Assembly: GCA_963728915.1 (NCBI GenBank)
Contig: CAVSLV010000001.1
Location: 32,001 to 96,000 of the forward strand
DNA: 64,000 nucleotides
Source of the DNA: an uncultured Gemmatimonadales bacterium
GTDB lineage: Bacteria; Gemmatimonadota; Gemmatimonadetes; Gemmatimonadales; GWC2-71-9
Direction: 5' to 3'
Shown: positions 1 through 9,142 of the stretch, piece by piece
Layout of the letters: the number at the start of each line of letters is the position of its first letter
How positions within the stretch are numbered: position 1 is the stretch's first letter
The notes under the pieces: model-generated
Seen by the model: only the letters and a program-made list of their open reading frames with translations
Told to the model about the DNA's origin: nothing
The model's database searches: none
Position numbers and translations under genes: made by a program

Positions 1-574
1 CGGCCCGGTCCCGCGCCTGGTGTGGATCTATTCGGCGGGCATGCTCGGTTTGTTCACGATGACGTCGGTGCTGGCCCTGTACCTCAATGCGGAGTTCCGG
101 ATCACCGAAGTCAACATCGGATATGTGTTCCTGTATATTGGCGCCCTCTCGGTCATCATGCGCTCCCTGTTACTGGGCCCCATCGTGCATCGACTCGGCG
201 AGCCGTGGACGATGCGAAGCGGCACCATCCTGCTCACCCTGGGGCTGGTGTTGTATCCCCTTGCTCGCAGCTGGTGGTTGCTCGCCCCGGTGATGGCGCT
301 CATCCCGGTGGGGACCGCGCTCCTCTTCCCGGCGACGACCGCGCTCATGTCGCACGCCTCGGAAAAGCGTGAGGTCGGCACCACAATGGGCGTGGCCCAG
401 ACCTTCGCTGGGGTCGCCCGGGTCATCGCGCCGATCGTGGCCACCTGGTCCTTCCAGCACGCCGGGCACGCCTGGCCCTTCCTCCTGGGAGGCACCATCG
501 TGGCGCTGGTCGGGATCCTGGCCTTCCGGCTCGACGCGCCGGCGCATGCGCTCCGCGCGACGGAGCCGGTGTGA
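1..574 (+). CDS. MFS transporter (TetA/DHA1-like), 5' end outside window
   Basis: Consecutive hydrophobic helices and a C-terminal MFS pattern (GTTMGVAQTFAGVARVIAP). The frame is open from the window edge. Confidence 0.8.
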   Translation, partial: GPVPRLVWIYSAGMLGLFTMTSVLALYLNAEFRITEVNIGYVFLYIGALSVIMRSLLLGPIVHRLGEPWTMRSGTILLTLGLVLYPLARSWWLLAPVMALIPVGTALLFPATTALMSHASEKREVGTTMGVAQTFAGVARVIAPIVATWSFQHAGHAWPFLLGGTIVALVGILAFRLDAPAHALRATEPV

Positions 575-2280
575 GTCCCAAGCTCATCCTGCCCAAGTCC
601 TCGGATGCCCTGGCCGGCGCGAGCTGGTCGGACATCGAGCCGATGTACGAAGCCCTGGCCACCGCCCCGATCACCAAGTCGACCATGGCCCAGTGGCTCA
701 AAGACTGGTCCCTGCTCGAGGCGGTGATTTCCGAAGCGGCCTCCCGGGCGATGATCGCCTATACCTGCGATACCGGCGATCCGGCCAAGGAGGCCGCCCA
801 CCTCAGGTTCTCCACTGAGATCGTGCCGCAGGCGGAAAAACAGAGCGTCCGTCTGGCGCGGCGGTTCGTCGAGCTCCGGATCGTTCCGGAAGGGCTTGAG
901 ACCACGGTGCAGCGCTTCAAATCCGCGATCGACATCTTCCGCGACGCGAACGTCGCGCTGTTCTCGGAGCTGGAGGAGCTGGCCTCCCGGTATCAACGGA
1001 TCACCGGCGGGATGACCGCGACATGGGACGGCGAAGAGCGGCCCCTCCCCATGCTCACCCCCTTCCTTCAGGATCGGGACCGGGCCATCCGGGAACAGGC
1101 CTTCCGCGGCATGGTGGGCCCCTACGTCGCCCAGCGGGAAGCCCTGGCGGATCTCTTCGACGTGATGTACGACCGGCGGCAGCGGGTGGCGCGGAACGCG
1201 AACTTCAGCGACTTCCACGCGTTCTCGTTCATCGCCCGGCAGCGATTCGACTACACCCCGGGCGACTGCGCTCGCTTTCACGACACGGTGGAATCCGTGG
1301 TGGTGCCCGCTCACACCCGCGCCCTCGCGGCCCGGCGGGAGCGGCTCGGTCTCGACACCCTGCGCCCCTGGGATCTGGCGGTGAATCCCTATCGCGCCTC
1401 CCCGCTCCGGCCATTCCGGACCGGCGCCGAGCTGGCGCGCGGGGTGCGCCGCATCATGGGCGCCGTCGATCCCCTGCTGGGAGACCAGGTCCAGACCATG
1501 ATCGACGAGGACCTGCTCGATCTGGAGAGCCGGAGGGGGAAGGCGCCCGGCGGCTACTGCGACACGCTCCACGTCAAAGGCCGTCCCTTCATCTTCATGA
1601 ACGCGGCCGGCGTGCTGGAGGACATTAACACGCTGCTTCACGAGTCCGGTCACGCCTTTCATGCCTTCGCCGCGCACGCCCTCCCGTTCGTCTGGCAGCG
1701 CCACCCCGGGGCCGAAGCCGCCGAGCTGGCGTCCATGACCATGGAGCTCCTCGCGGGCAGCCACCTGGGGCCCCCCCATGGAATGCTGAGCGAACAGGAT
1801 GCGGCGATCGCCCGGCTCGAGCACCTGGAGGATCTCCTGGCGAGCCTGCCCCACATTGCGTCGGTGGATGCGTTCCAGACCTGGATCTACACCAGCGGGG
1901 AAGGGCACGATCGTGCAGCCCGGGATGCGGCCTGGCTCCGGATTCGCGGCCGCTTCGAGCAGGCGGTGGATTGGAGCGGTTTGGTTCAGGAACGGGTGTC
2001 CCGATGGCCGCGGCAGCTCCACATCTATCTCTACCCCTTCTACTACATCGAGTACGGGCTGGCCCAGCTCGGCGCCCTCCAGGTCTGGCGGAATCACCGG
2101 AACGACGGGCCCGACGCGGTGAAAGCCTACCGGACGTTCCTCGCCCTCGGGGCGACCCGGTCCCTGCCGGAACTGTACCGGGCGGCCGGGGCCACCCTGA
2201 TTTTCGACGGGGGAGGAATGCGCCAGCTCATCGACCTGGTCGAAGAGGAAATGGAGCGGCTCCGCGCCGCGGTTCGCTAG
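571..2280 (+). CDS. M3 family oligoendopeptidase F
   Basis: HESGH zinc motif, [16 protein letters not shown] and [12 protein letters not shown], all typical of M3B peptidases. GTGA overlap with the MFS stop. Confidence 0.9.
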   Translation: MSPKLILPKSSDALAGASWSDIEPMYEALATAPITKSTMAQWLKDWSLLEAVISEAASRAMIAYTCDTGDPAKEAAHLRFSTEIVPQAEKQSVRLARRFVELRIVPEGLETTVQRFKSAIDIFRDANVALFSELEELASRYQRITGGMTATWDGEERPLPMLTPFLQDRDRAIREQAFRGMVGPYVAQREALADLFDVMYDRRQRVARNANFSDFHAFSFIARQRFDYTPGDCARFHDTVESVVVPAHTRALAARRERLGLDTLRPWDLAVNPYRASPLRPFRTGAELARGVRRIMGAVDPLLGDQVQTMIDEDLLDLESRRGKAPGGYCDTLHVKGRPFIFMNAAGVLEDINTLLHESGHAFHAFAAHALPFVWQRHPGAEAAELASMTMELLAGSHLGPPHGMLSEQDAAIARLEHLEDLLASLPHIASVDAFQTWIYTSGEGHDRAARDAAWLRIRGRFEQAVDWSGLVQERVSRWPRQLHIYLYPFYYIEYGLAQLGALQVWRNHRNDGPDAVKAYRTFLALGATRSLPELYRAAGATLIFDGGGMRQLIDLVEEEMERLRAAVR

Positions 2281-2318
2281 CGTTGCGCCGGGTCCTCTCC
2301 GGGGCGAGATTTCTCCCT

Positions 2319-2537
2319 ATGGCGAAAGAAGAAGGCATCGAGATGGAAGGGGTGGTGCAGCAGGTCCTCCCCGACCGGAACTACCGGGTCCTCCTGGAAA
2401 ACGGCCACACCATCCTGGCCTATGCGGCCGGCAAAATGAGCAAATTCAAGATCCGGGTCCTGGAGGGCGACCGGGTCAGCGTGGTACTCTCCCCCTACGA
2501 TCTAACCCGCGGTCGGGTCATCTACCGGCACAAATAA
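2319..2537 (+). CDS. infA: translation initiation factor IF-1
   Basis: 72 aa: [13 protein letters not shown]...GKM...IRVLEGDRV...[15 protein letters not shown]. True ATG is at 2319. Confidence 0.97.
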   Translation: MAKEEGIEMEGVVQQVLPDRNYRVLLENGHTILAYAAGKMSKFKIRVLEGDRVSVVLSPYDLTRGRVIYRHK

Positions 2538-2538
2538 A

Positions 2539-2566
2539 ACGGGCCGCTCCGGTGGGAGCGGCCCGT
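2539..2566. terminator. GC-rich hairpin between convergent infA and csp, probable bidirectional terminator
   Basis: Perfect 12-bp stem ACGGGCCGCTCC-ggtg-GGAGCGGCCCGT, with an A-run on the left and TCTT on the right. Confidence 0.75.
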
Positions 2567-2588
2567 CTTGCTGCCAAGGCTCGGACGA

Positions 2589-2804
2589 TTACTTCGTTGC
2601 CTTGGTCACATTCTCCGCGGCGGGTCCCTTGGCACCCTGGACGATGTCGAATTCGACCCGCTCACCTTCGGACAGGCTGCGGAAGCCGTCCATGCGAATC
2701 GCCGAGTGGTGGACGAAGCAGTCCTTTTCGCCGTTCTCCGGGGTGATGAATCCGAACCCCTTCGCGTCGTTGAACCACTTCACGGTACCGGTCGTACGAG
2801 CCAT
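2589..2804 (-). CDS. cold-shock protein (CspA family)
   Basis: [15 protein letters not shown] (RNP1), CFVHHSAI (RNP2), [10 protein letters not shown]. Confidence 0.97.
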   Translation of the reverse strand: MARTTGTVKWFNDAKGFGFITPENGEKDCFVHHSAIRMDGFRSLSEGERVEFDIVQGAKGPAAENVTKATK

Positions 2805-2991
2805 TGCATCCTTCTCCTGTTGGTGTCACGTGCCGGAGCGCGCAATGCGCCGCCGGCTCCCTGTGAACGCGAGCCCATCTCGCGCCACAAAAGTCTCATC
2901 GGCCCCCGGCAGGGATGCCGTGGTTGATTCATCTGGACTGTGGGATTCAGAATCTGAAATACCTGCAGTTCCTGCGGTTCAGTGCGGCACC

Positions 2992-3020
2992 ATAGTGGGG
3001 AATTCCGGCGAAAAAGTCAA
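2992..3020 (-). promoter_or_regulatory. putative sigma70 promoter of the csp gene, giving a leader of about 180 nt
   Basis: Minus strand TTGACT-N17-CACTAT. Long 5' UTRs are typical of csp genes. Confidence 0.45.
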
Positions 3021-3053
3021 GATTCGGTCTTTCCCCGGGTTCCTCAAGACGGT

Positions 3054-4811
3054 CTAACGAAAGATCCGGGTGATCATCCCCCCGAAGCCCTTGGAGGAGG
3101 TGGCCGCACTGCGGCGGGCTGCCCGGTTGAGCGCAGCGAGAAACTCCGAGGCGGTGGGAAAGCGTGCTTTCGGCTCGGCTCTGAGCGACCGCCGCAGCAC
3201 CTCTTCGATCTCGGCTCCCATGTCGGGGCGGGCTTCCTGGAGGGGAGGAAGCTCGTTGGTGGTCTGGCGCGCCAGCACCTGGACCGGGGTGGCGCCCTCG
3301 AACGGCGGCACGCCCATCAGCGCAAAGTAGGCCACCGCGGCGAGGCTGTAGAGATCGCTCCGGCCGTCCACCCGCTCGCCCAGGAGCTGCTCGGGACTCG
3401 CGAAACGCGGAGTGCCGCTCTGACTGGTGGCGCCGCCGAACATCCCCTGGCCCCGGAGCGCCAGCGCCAGTCCGAAGTCGGTGATTCGGAGAGTCCCATC
3501 CCGCTCGAACAGGAGGTTTTCCGGTTTGATGTCGCGGTGCACCAGGCCCGCCGCGTGGGCGTGGGCCAGCCCGCTGAGCGCCTCGCGAAGGAGCCGCAGG
3601 GTCTTGTCGCGAGAGAGCGGGCCATCGCGTTCGACCAGCTGCGCCAGGTTGGGGCCCGGAACGTATTCCATGGTGTACCAGATCAGCCCGCCTCGCCCCC
3701 CGATGTCGTAAATGTTGACCAGGTTGGGGTGGTTGAGCCGGGCCGCGAGCTGGGCTTCGCGGCGGAACCGCTCGACCACCTCAGGATCCTGGATCAGGGA
3801 CGGGTGGAGCACCTTGAGCGCGACGAGTCTTTCCAGGTGAAGATCCCGGACCCGGTAGACCCGCCCGAAGCCGCCCACGCCGAGCTGGTCGAGCAGCTCG
3901 TAGTCGTCGCCCAGGGCGCGGCGGAGCCGCTTCTCCCACTGGCGCGCCGGATCGCTGCCGGGTCCTCCGCCCGGGCCCGAGGCGGCGATCTCGAGCGCGA
4001 CCGTGCTGGAGAAGTCGCCGGCTTCCGAGGCGAAATCCTCCAGCATCTCGGTGGCGCTGAAGAACCGTTTCCCCGGGTTCTCGTGCATCGCCCGCATGAT
4101 CACCCGTTCGAGCGCCTGGGGACAGGCGTGCCGGATCCGGCTGGGCGGTACGATGGCGCCCGGGTTAGGGTCCGGCTCGATCCCGGTGATCGCATAGTAC
4201 AGCACCGCGCCAAGGGCGTAGATGTCGCAGGTGGAGTCCCCCGGCTGCCCGTTCCGGACTTCCGGCGCCATGAAGGGGAGCCCGGTGGGCCGCTCGGTCG
4301 GCGGAATGGCCGGCAGGGTGTAGCTCGAAAATCGAAGATCGGTGAGCGTGCCCCGGCCTCCCGGTCCGATCAGGAGCCCCGAGGGCACCATCCGGCGGAC
4401 CACGACGCCCCAGGCGTGGGCATGCTCGAGCCCGCTGAGGAGAAACCGCGCCAGGCTGTGGACGTCAGGAATCGGGCGAGGCCCCCGGGCCACGGCCTCG
4501 TGCAGTCCTTCCCCGTCGATCCAGTTCCCGATCCGGAACGCGATGTTGTTGGCGACCCCGACATCGTAGACGTGCCGGATGGCGGGATGGTCGAGCCGGG
4601 CCAGCGCCTCCGCTTCCCGGAGGAACCAGCCCCGGACCACATCGGTGGTGTAGAAATTGACCCGGATGCTGACCCGGCGGCTCAGCAGCTTGTCCTGGCC
4701 CTGGAACAGGACCCGCTCCGCGTTCGCCGCGATCATCCGTTCGAGCCGGTAACGTGCACCGAGCACCGCATCGGTGTCGCGCCACAGCTCGGACGATTCG
4801 ACCCCGCTCAC
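3054..4811 (-). CDS. Hanks-type Ser/Thr kinase with N-terminal degenerate (pseudo)kinase domain and C-terminal intact kinase domain
   Basis: C-terminal domain has GVGGFG, VALK, HRDIKPEN, DFG and SPE. N-terminal domain has the same fold spacing with VSIR, VRRMVPSG, DLR and APE. Confidence 0.9.
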   Translation of the reverse strand: MSGVESSELWRDTDAVLGARYRLERMIAANAERVLFQGQDKLLSRRVSIRVNFYTTDVVRGWFLREAEALARLDHPAIRHVYDVGVANNIAFRIGNWIDGEGLHEAVARGPRPIPDVHSLARFLLSGLEHAHAWGVVVRRMVPSGLLIGPGGRGTLTDLRFSSYTLPAIPPTERPTGLPFMAPEVRNGQPGDSTCDIYALGAVLYYAITGIEPDPNPGAIVPPSRIRHACPQALERVIMRAMHENPGKRFFSATEMLEDFASEAGDFSSTVALEIAASGPGGGPGSDPARQWEKRLRRALGDDYELLDQLGVGGFGRVYRVRDLHLERLVALKVLHPSLIQDPEVVERFRREAQLAARLNHPNLVNIYDIGGRGGLIWYTMEYVPGPNLAQLVERDGPLSRDKTLRLLREALSGLAHAHAAGLVHRDIKPENLLFERDGTLRITDFGLALALRGQGMFGGATSQSGTPRFASPEQLLGERVDGRSDLYSLAAVAYFALMGVPPFEGATPVQVLARQTTNELPPLQEARPDMGAEIEEVLRRSLRAEPKARFPTASEFLAALNRAARRSAATSSKGFGGMITRIFR

Positions 4812-6145
4812 GTGTCGCGCGCGATTTCGGCGAGGTTTCGGCCACCGTGCTTGGCCGCGTAGAGGGCGGTATCGGCGGCGGCCAGCAGGGCCGCCGTGCT
4901 ACGCCCGTGCCGGGGCGACTCCGCGATGCCGAAGCTCAGGGTATTGGTCTTGTACTCGGGATGGCGGGAGACCAGCTCCTGCACTCCGGCCTGGAGCCGG
5001 TTCACGAACGCCAGGGCCTCGGCCGTCGTGGTCATGGTGAGGATGACCAGGAACTCGTCCCCGCCCCAGCGGCCCACCACGTCGAGCGCGCGGACGTGCT
5101 GCTGGAGCACCTGCCCCATCATGGCGAGGTAGCGATCACCCGCGGCATGGCCCTGGGTGTCGTTGATCAGCTTGAACCGGTCGATGTCGATCAGGGCGAC
5201 CGTGGTGCGGAACTGATGCCGGACCCCGCGGGACAGCTCGGCCTCCAGCCGCTTTTCCAACGCCCGGCGGTTGGGAAGCCCGGTCAGTTTGTCGGTAGTC
5301 GCCTCACTGTTGAGCCGGCCCACCAGCTCGGCGTTATGCAGGGCCATCGCAGCGGTATACGACAGGGTGCCCGCCAGGTCGCGCTCCTTCTGCCCGTACG
5401 ATTCCCGATTGATCCGGGGCCCGAGCACCAGGACCGCCAGCCGCTGCTCACTGGTATCGAGCGGGATGATCAGCGAGGCCTCGGGCGGAACGCTCGCCGC
5501 GAGCGGTGAATCCCTGGCTTCCGTCACCATGCTGCCGAGCGGCAGGCTCCGGTCGATGAGGGCCATGTCGATCGGCTCGGGCGCGAGTCCGGGGTCGAGC
5601 GCGCGGTACTGGCGGGGATGGTACTTCCCGTCCGCCGGGCGATAGAGACAGGCCCACCACGCGAAAAAGACTTCCGACATGAAATCGAGGACCAGCCGCT
5701 CGGTCTCCTCGGTCGAGTGCACCGAGGAAAGCAGCCGGGCGACCTGGCGGAGCGCGCTGAGCTGGAAGACGGAATCATCGAGCTGGATCTGCCGGTCGTG
5801 GATGACCGCGCGGAGCTCGAGCACGATGGCGAGGCCCAGCGCGACCAGTCCGGCCTCGGGCTCGACCACCGCGGCGAGCTCGGGCGACGTGTGCACCACG
5901 ATCCGGGTCGGCCCGGTCTCGCAGCGGCTGATCTCGACCGATTGTTCGAATCCTTCCGGCCCACCCACCCGCTCGGGACGGGCGCCGTCCCGGCTCACGC
6001 TGAGCCAGATCTGCTCGCTTTCGAATCGCTGGGTGAGCACCTGCCGGCACCGTTCGAACAGCTCCGATTCGGAGCGGGCCAGCCGGCACGCCGCCGCAAA
6101 GGCACTCGGAAGGTTCAACGAGCGATCGGCCGAAACGGAAGGCAT
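4808..6145 (-). CDS. GAF-domain diguanylate cyclase
   Basis: DKLTGLPNRR, DIDRFKLINDTQGHAAGD, intact GGDEF with RALD I-site, and a GAF-like region upstream. 4-bp overlap with the kinase. Confidence 0.92.
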   Translation of the reverse strand: MPSVSADRSLNLPSAFAAACRLARSESELFERCRQVLTQRFESEQIWLSVSRDGARPERVGGPEGFEQSVEISRCETGPTRIVVHTSPELAAVVEPEAGLVALGLAIVLELRAVIHDRQIQLDDSVFQLSALRQVARLLSSVHSTEETERLVLDFMSEVFFAWWACLYRPADGKYHPRQYRALDPGLAPEPIDMALIDRSLPLGSMVTEARDSPLAASVPPEASLIIPLDTSEQRLAVLVLGPRINRESYGQKERDLAGTLSYTAAMALHNAELVGRLNSEATTDKLTGLPNRRALEKRLEAELSRGVRHQFRTTVALIDIDRFKLINDTQGHAAGDRYLAMMGQVLQQHVRALDVVGRWGGDEFLVILTMTTTAEALAFVNRLQAGVQELVSRHPEYKTNTLSFGIAESPRHGRSTAALLAAADTALYAAKHGGRNLAEIARDT

Positions 6146-6161
6146 CGCGAAAATATAGCGG

Positions 6162-6776
6162 TCACCCTGCCGCTCCCAGATACACGCCGACCTGGTGACT
6201 CAGGTCCTTGAGCTCGGCGAGCAGGCTGCCCTGGAACTCGGCCCCGCGGAAGTCGAGCACCTCGAGCATCGCGCGATGCCACCAGAGCAGCTCCTCGGGA
6301 GGCGCCGGGGCCACGCGGCGGGCGTATTCCGCCCCCAGCCGCCGGATGTCGGTGAGCGCCAGTCCACAGTGGTGAATCTCCGTGGCCATCCAGATCTGGG
6401 CCACCCGCCACGAGCAGGACGAGAGCTGGGAGAGCACCTCGAACCGGGTGACCTTCCAGGGCCGCTCCCGGCCCGCGGGATCGAAACGGGGGTCCATCGA
6501 GGCTTCCACCGCCGCCGAGACCAGGCCACCGAAGCGCATCGCGATGCTGGTGTGCAGCGCCCCGATTCGCTCCTGGGGGCAGACGTCCACCAGCTGTTTG
6601 AGGATGGCCGAGACCACGGTGGTCTCGTCGGCGCGATGATGGGCCAGGACGATGGCGATATTCGCGGTGCCGAGCAGCGGGTTATGGCGGTCGTACCGGG
6701 ACACCGGCCCGGGATGGTGCTTGGCGGCGAAGGAAAGAGCGTGATGGATCGCGTCGCTGAAGCCGCGGGGGTGCAT
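6162..6776 (-). CDS. HD_4 / Mesh1-like (small alarmone hydrolase-like) protein with degenerate HD motif
   Basis: ALSFAAKHH...DETTVVSAILKQLVD...RPWK...WW follows the HD_4 layout, but LHD reads LKQ. ATG at 6776 lies just after queE. Confidence 0.65.
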   Translation of the reverse strand: MHPRGFSDAIHHALSFAAKHHPGPVSRYDRHNPLLGTANIAIVLAHHRADETTVVSAILKQLVDVCPQERIGALHTSIAMRFGGLVSAAVEASMDPRFDPAGRERPWKVTRFEVLSQLSSCSWRVAQIWMATEIHHCGLALTDIRRLGAEYARRVAPAPPEELLWWHRAMLEVLDFRGAEFQGSLLAELKDLSHQVGVYLGAAG

Positions 6777-6781
6777 GCCGG

Positions 6782-7417
6782 TTACCGGATCCCCAGCAGC
6801 TTGTGGGTCTGGAGCGAGAGCCGCCACTGGGGGTGAGCCAGGCAGTAGGCCACCGCCCGGCGGGTGTTCTCTGCCAGGTCCGGACCGTCCATCGGCTGGA
6901 GGAAGAAGTGCCGGAACTGGAGTTCCCGGTAGCGCTCCGGCTCGCCGCCCTCTTGCGGGAAGACCAGCTTGAGCTCGTGCCCCGTGGTGACCACTACCTC
7001 GGTCCGCGCCTTGGGGCTCAGGCAGAGCCAGTCGATCCCGTCTGGTGGGGCGAGGGTCCCGTTGGTTTCCAGCGCGATCTCGAAGGCTCGGGCATGGAGA
7101 GCCCCGATCAGGGGAGCGTCGAGCTGGAGGGAAGGCTCTCCGCCGGTGCACACCACGAACCTTCCAGTCTCGGGCCGACCGTCGGGCCACTGCGCCTCGA
7201 TGGCATCGGCCAGCGCCTCGGCGCTGGCGAAGCTCCCCCCTCCCGCGCCATCGGTCCCGACGAAATCAGTGTCGCAAAACTGGCATACCGCCTCGGAGCG
7301 GTCCTGTTCGCGCCCGCTCCACAGGTTACAGCCCGCAAAACGGCAGAACACCGCGGGGCGCCCGGCGTTGGCGCCTTCGCCCTGGAGGGTGTAGAAGATC
7401 TCCTTCACGGCGTACAT
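6782..7417 (-). CDS. queE: 7-carboxy-7-deazaguanine synthase (radical SAM, Cx14CxxC type)
   Basis: EIFYTLQGEG, RFAGCNLW...VCQFCDTDF, TGGEP, ETNGT, LSLQTHK. Confidence 0.96.
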   Translation of the reverse strand: MYAVKEIFYTLQGEGANAGRPAVFCRFAGCNLWSGREQDRSEAVCQFCDTDFVGTDGAGGGSFASAEALADAIEAQWPDGRPETGRFVVCTGGEPSLQLDAPLIGALHARAFEIALETNGTLAPPDGIDWLCLSPKARTEVVVTTGHELKLVFPQEGGEPERYRELQFRHFFLQPMDGPDLAENTRRAVAYCLAHPQWRLSLQTHKLLGIR

Positions 7418-7435
7418 GACTGTAAGGTAGCTGCG

Positions 7436-7470
7436 AGGTGATAGGTGTTAGGTGCTGGGTGCTGGGTGAT
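7436..7470. repeat. five degenerate 7-bp tandem units (RGGTGHT) at the queC-queE junction
   Basis: AGGTGAT AGGTGTT AGGTGCT GGGTGCT GGGTGAT. Confidence 0.8.
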
Positions 7471-8146
7471 AGGGGGCGGGGTCGGCGAGCCCGGCCTCGG
7501 CGAATCCCCGGAGCCGGAGCAGACAGGAATCGCATCGGCCACAGCCACGACCCTGTGGGTCCGGCGCATAACAGCTTCGGGTCACCGCGTAGTCCACGCC
7601 GAGGGCGATTCCCGTCCGGATGATCTCGGCCTTGGTCATCGCGATGAGCGGGGTGTGGATCCGGTAGCGAATCTGGCCCTCGACGCTCGCTCGGGTGGCC
7701 AGGTTCGCCATCGCCTCGAACGCCTCGATGTACTCGGGCCGGCAATCGGGATACCCGCTGTAATCGAGCGCGTTCACTCCGATGAAGAGATCGCCGGTCT
7801 CGAGGACCTCGCACCAGGCCAGCCCGAAAGCGAGGAAGATGGTGTTGCGCGCCGGTACGTAGGTGATCGGGATTCCGGATTCGAGCTCGCCGCGGGTTCG
7901 TCCGGTCGGCACCGGGATATCCGCGGTCAACGCCGAGCCGCCGATGCTCCGGAGATCGATGTCGATGATTTCATGGCGCGCCGTTCCGAGGCTCCTGGCC
8001 ACGGCGCCCGCCGCTTCCAGCTCGATGGCGTGCCGCTGCCCGTATCGGAAGCTCAGGGCGACGACCTCATAGCCTTCCGCCCGCGCGATCGCGAGCGTCG
8101 TGGCGGAATCGAGCCCCCCGGACAGGAGGACGATCGCTCGTTTCAT
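7448..8146 (-). CDS. queC: 7-cyano-7-deazaguanine synthase
   Basis: [38 protein letters not shown]...CGRCDSC. Confidence 0.97.
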   Translation of the reverse strand: MKRAIVLLSGGLDSATTLAIARAEGYEVVALSFRYGQRHAIELEAAGAVARSLGTARHEIIDIDLRSIGGSALTADIPVPTGRTRGELESGIPITYVPARNTIFLAFGLAWCEVLETGDLFIGVNALDYSGYPDCRPEYIEAFEAMANLATRASVEGQIRYRIHTPLIAMTKAEIIRTGIALGVDYAVTRSCYAPDPQGRGCGRCDSCLLRLRGFAEAGLADPAPYHPAPST

Positions 8147-9048
8147 CGAAGAGCTTCCAGCTCGTGAGCGAGCGCGGTCCTCAGCTCGGGGTAAGCGAAT
8201 TGGAATCCTGCCTCGCGGAGCTTCACCGGCTCGACCCGAGCGCTGGAGAGAATGGTCTCCCTCGCCATCTGGCCGAAGAGCAGCCGGAGCCCGATCGCCG
8301 GGACGGGCAGCAGGGCGGGGCGATGAAGCACCTGGCCCAGCACCTGGGTGACCTCCCGATTCCGAGCCGGGTTGGGTCCCACCGCGTTGACCGGTCCTTG
8401 AAACCCTTCATCGACCACCACTCGCGCAAAGACCTGGACCAGGTCGCCGGCCGCGATCCAGCTCATCCACTGCATCCCGCCTCCGAGCCGTCCGCCGAGC
8501 CCCAGTCGAAAGGGAAGCAACATGCGCCCCAGGACTCCTCCGTGCCGGGTGAGCGGGAGTCCCACGCGGAGCCGCACCACGCGGAGCCCCGCTTTTTCGG
8601 CTGGGATGGTCGCCGCCTCCCAGCCCTGGCACACTTCCGCCAGGAAACCGGAGCCGGGCGGGCTCGCCTCGTTGAGGATCTCGTCCCCCCGATCTCCGTA
8701 GTACCCGACCGCCGACGCCGAAACGAGGACCCGCGGCCCCCCTCCAGGGGCCCCCTCGGCGAGCCGCTCGGCCAGGGCGCGGGTGCCCTCGACCCGGCTC
8801 GCCCGGATTCGGCGCTTTCGCTCTCTGGTCCAGCGGTGTCCGACGTTCTCTCCGGCCAGATGGACGACGGCATCCATGCCGGCGAGCTCGGCATCGGTGA
8901 GCACGATGCGGGCGCCGCTCGCCCACTGCACGCTGCCCGGGGAAGGAGAGGATCGCACCAGGGGGATGACCCGGTGCCCCTGCTTCGCGAGGTGGGGAGC
9001 GAGGAGCGACCCCAGCAGTCCGGAGGCGCCGGTGATCCCGATTCGCAT
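8143..9048 (-). CDS. TIGR01777/YfcH-family NAD-dependent epimerase-like oxidoreductase
   Basis: [49 protein letters not shown]. Confidence 0.92.
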   Translation of the reverse strand: MRIGITGASGLLGSLLAPHLAKQGHRVIPLVRSSPSPGSVQWASGARIVLTDAELAGMDAVVHLAGENVGHRWTRERKRRIRASRVEGTRALAERLAEGAPGGGPRVLVSASAVGYYGDRGDEILNEASPPGSGFLAEVCQGWEAATIPAEKAGLRVVRLRVGLPLTRHGGVLGRMLLPFRLGLGGRLGGGMQWMSWIAAGDLVQVFARVVVDEGFQGPVNAVGPNPARNREVTQVLGQVLHRPALLPVPAIGLRLLFGQMARETILSSARVEPVKLREAGFQFAYPELRTALAHELEALR

Positions 9049-9142
9049 GGTCGCGAATCTACCCGCGCCGCTTCTGCCCCGCCGTTTCGGACATTAGTTT
9101 TGACCGGCTGTCGAACTCGCACACGTCGCCCCGGGAGCACTC

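Noticed and set aside
28..2097. Long antisense or alternate-frame ORFs (e.g. 28-2097, 2982-4862, 8164-10458, 23580-26162, 51816-53660)
   Set aside because: Shadow ORFs expected in high-GC DNA. They overlap well-supported genes and lack recognisable motifs.
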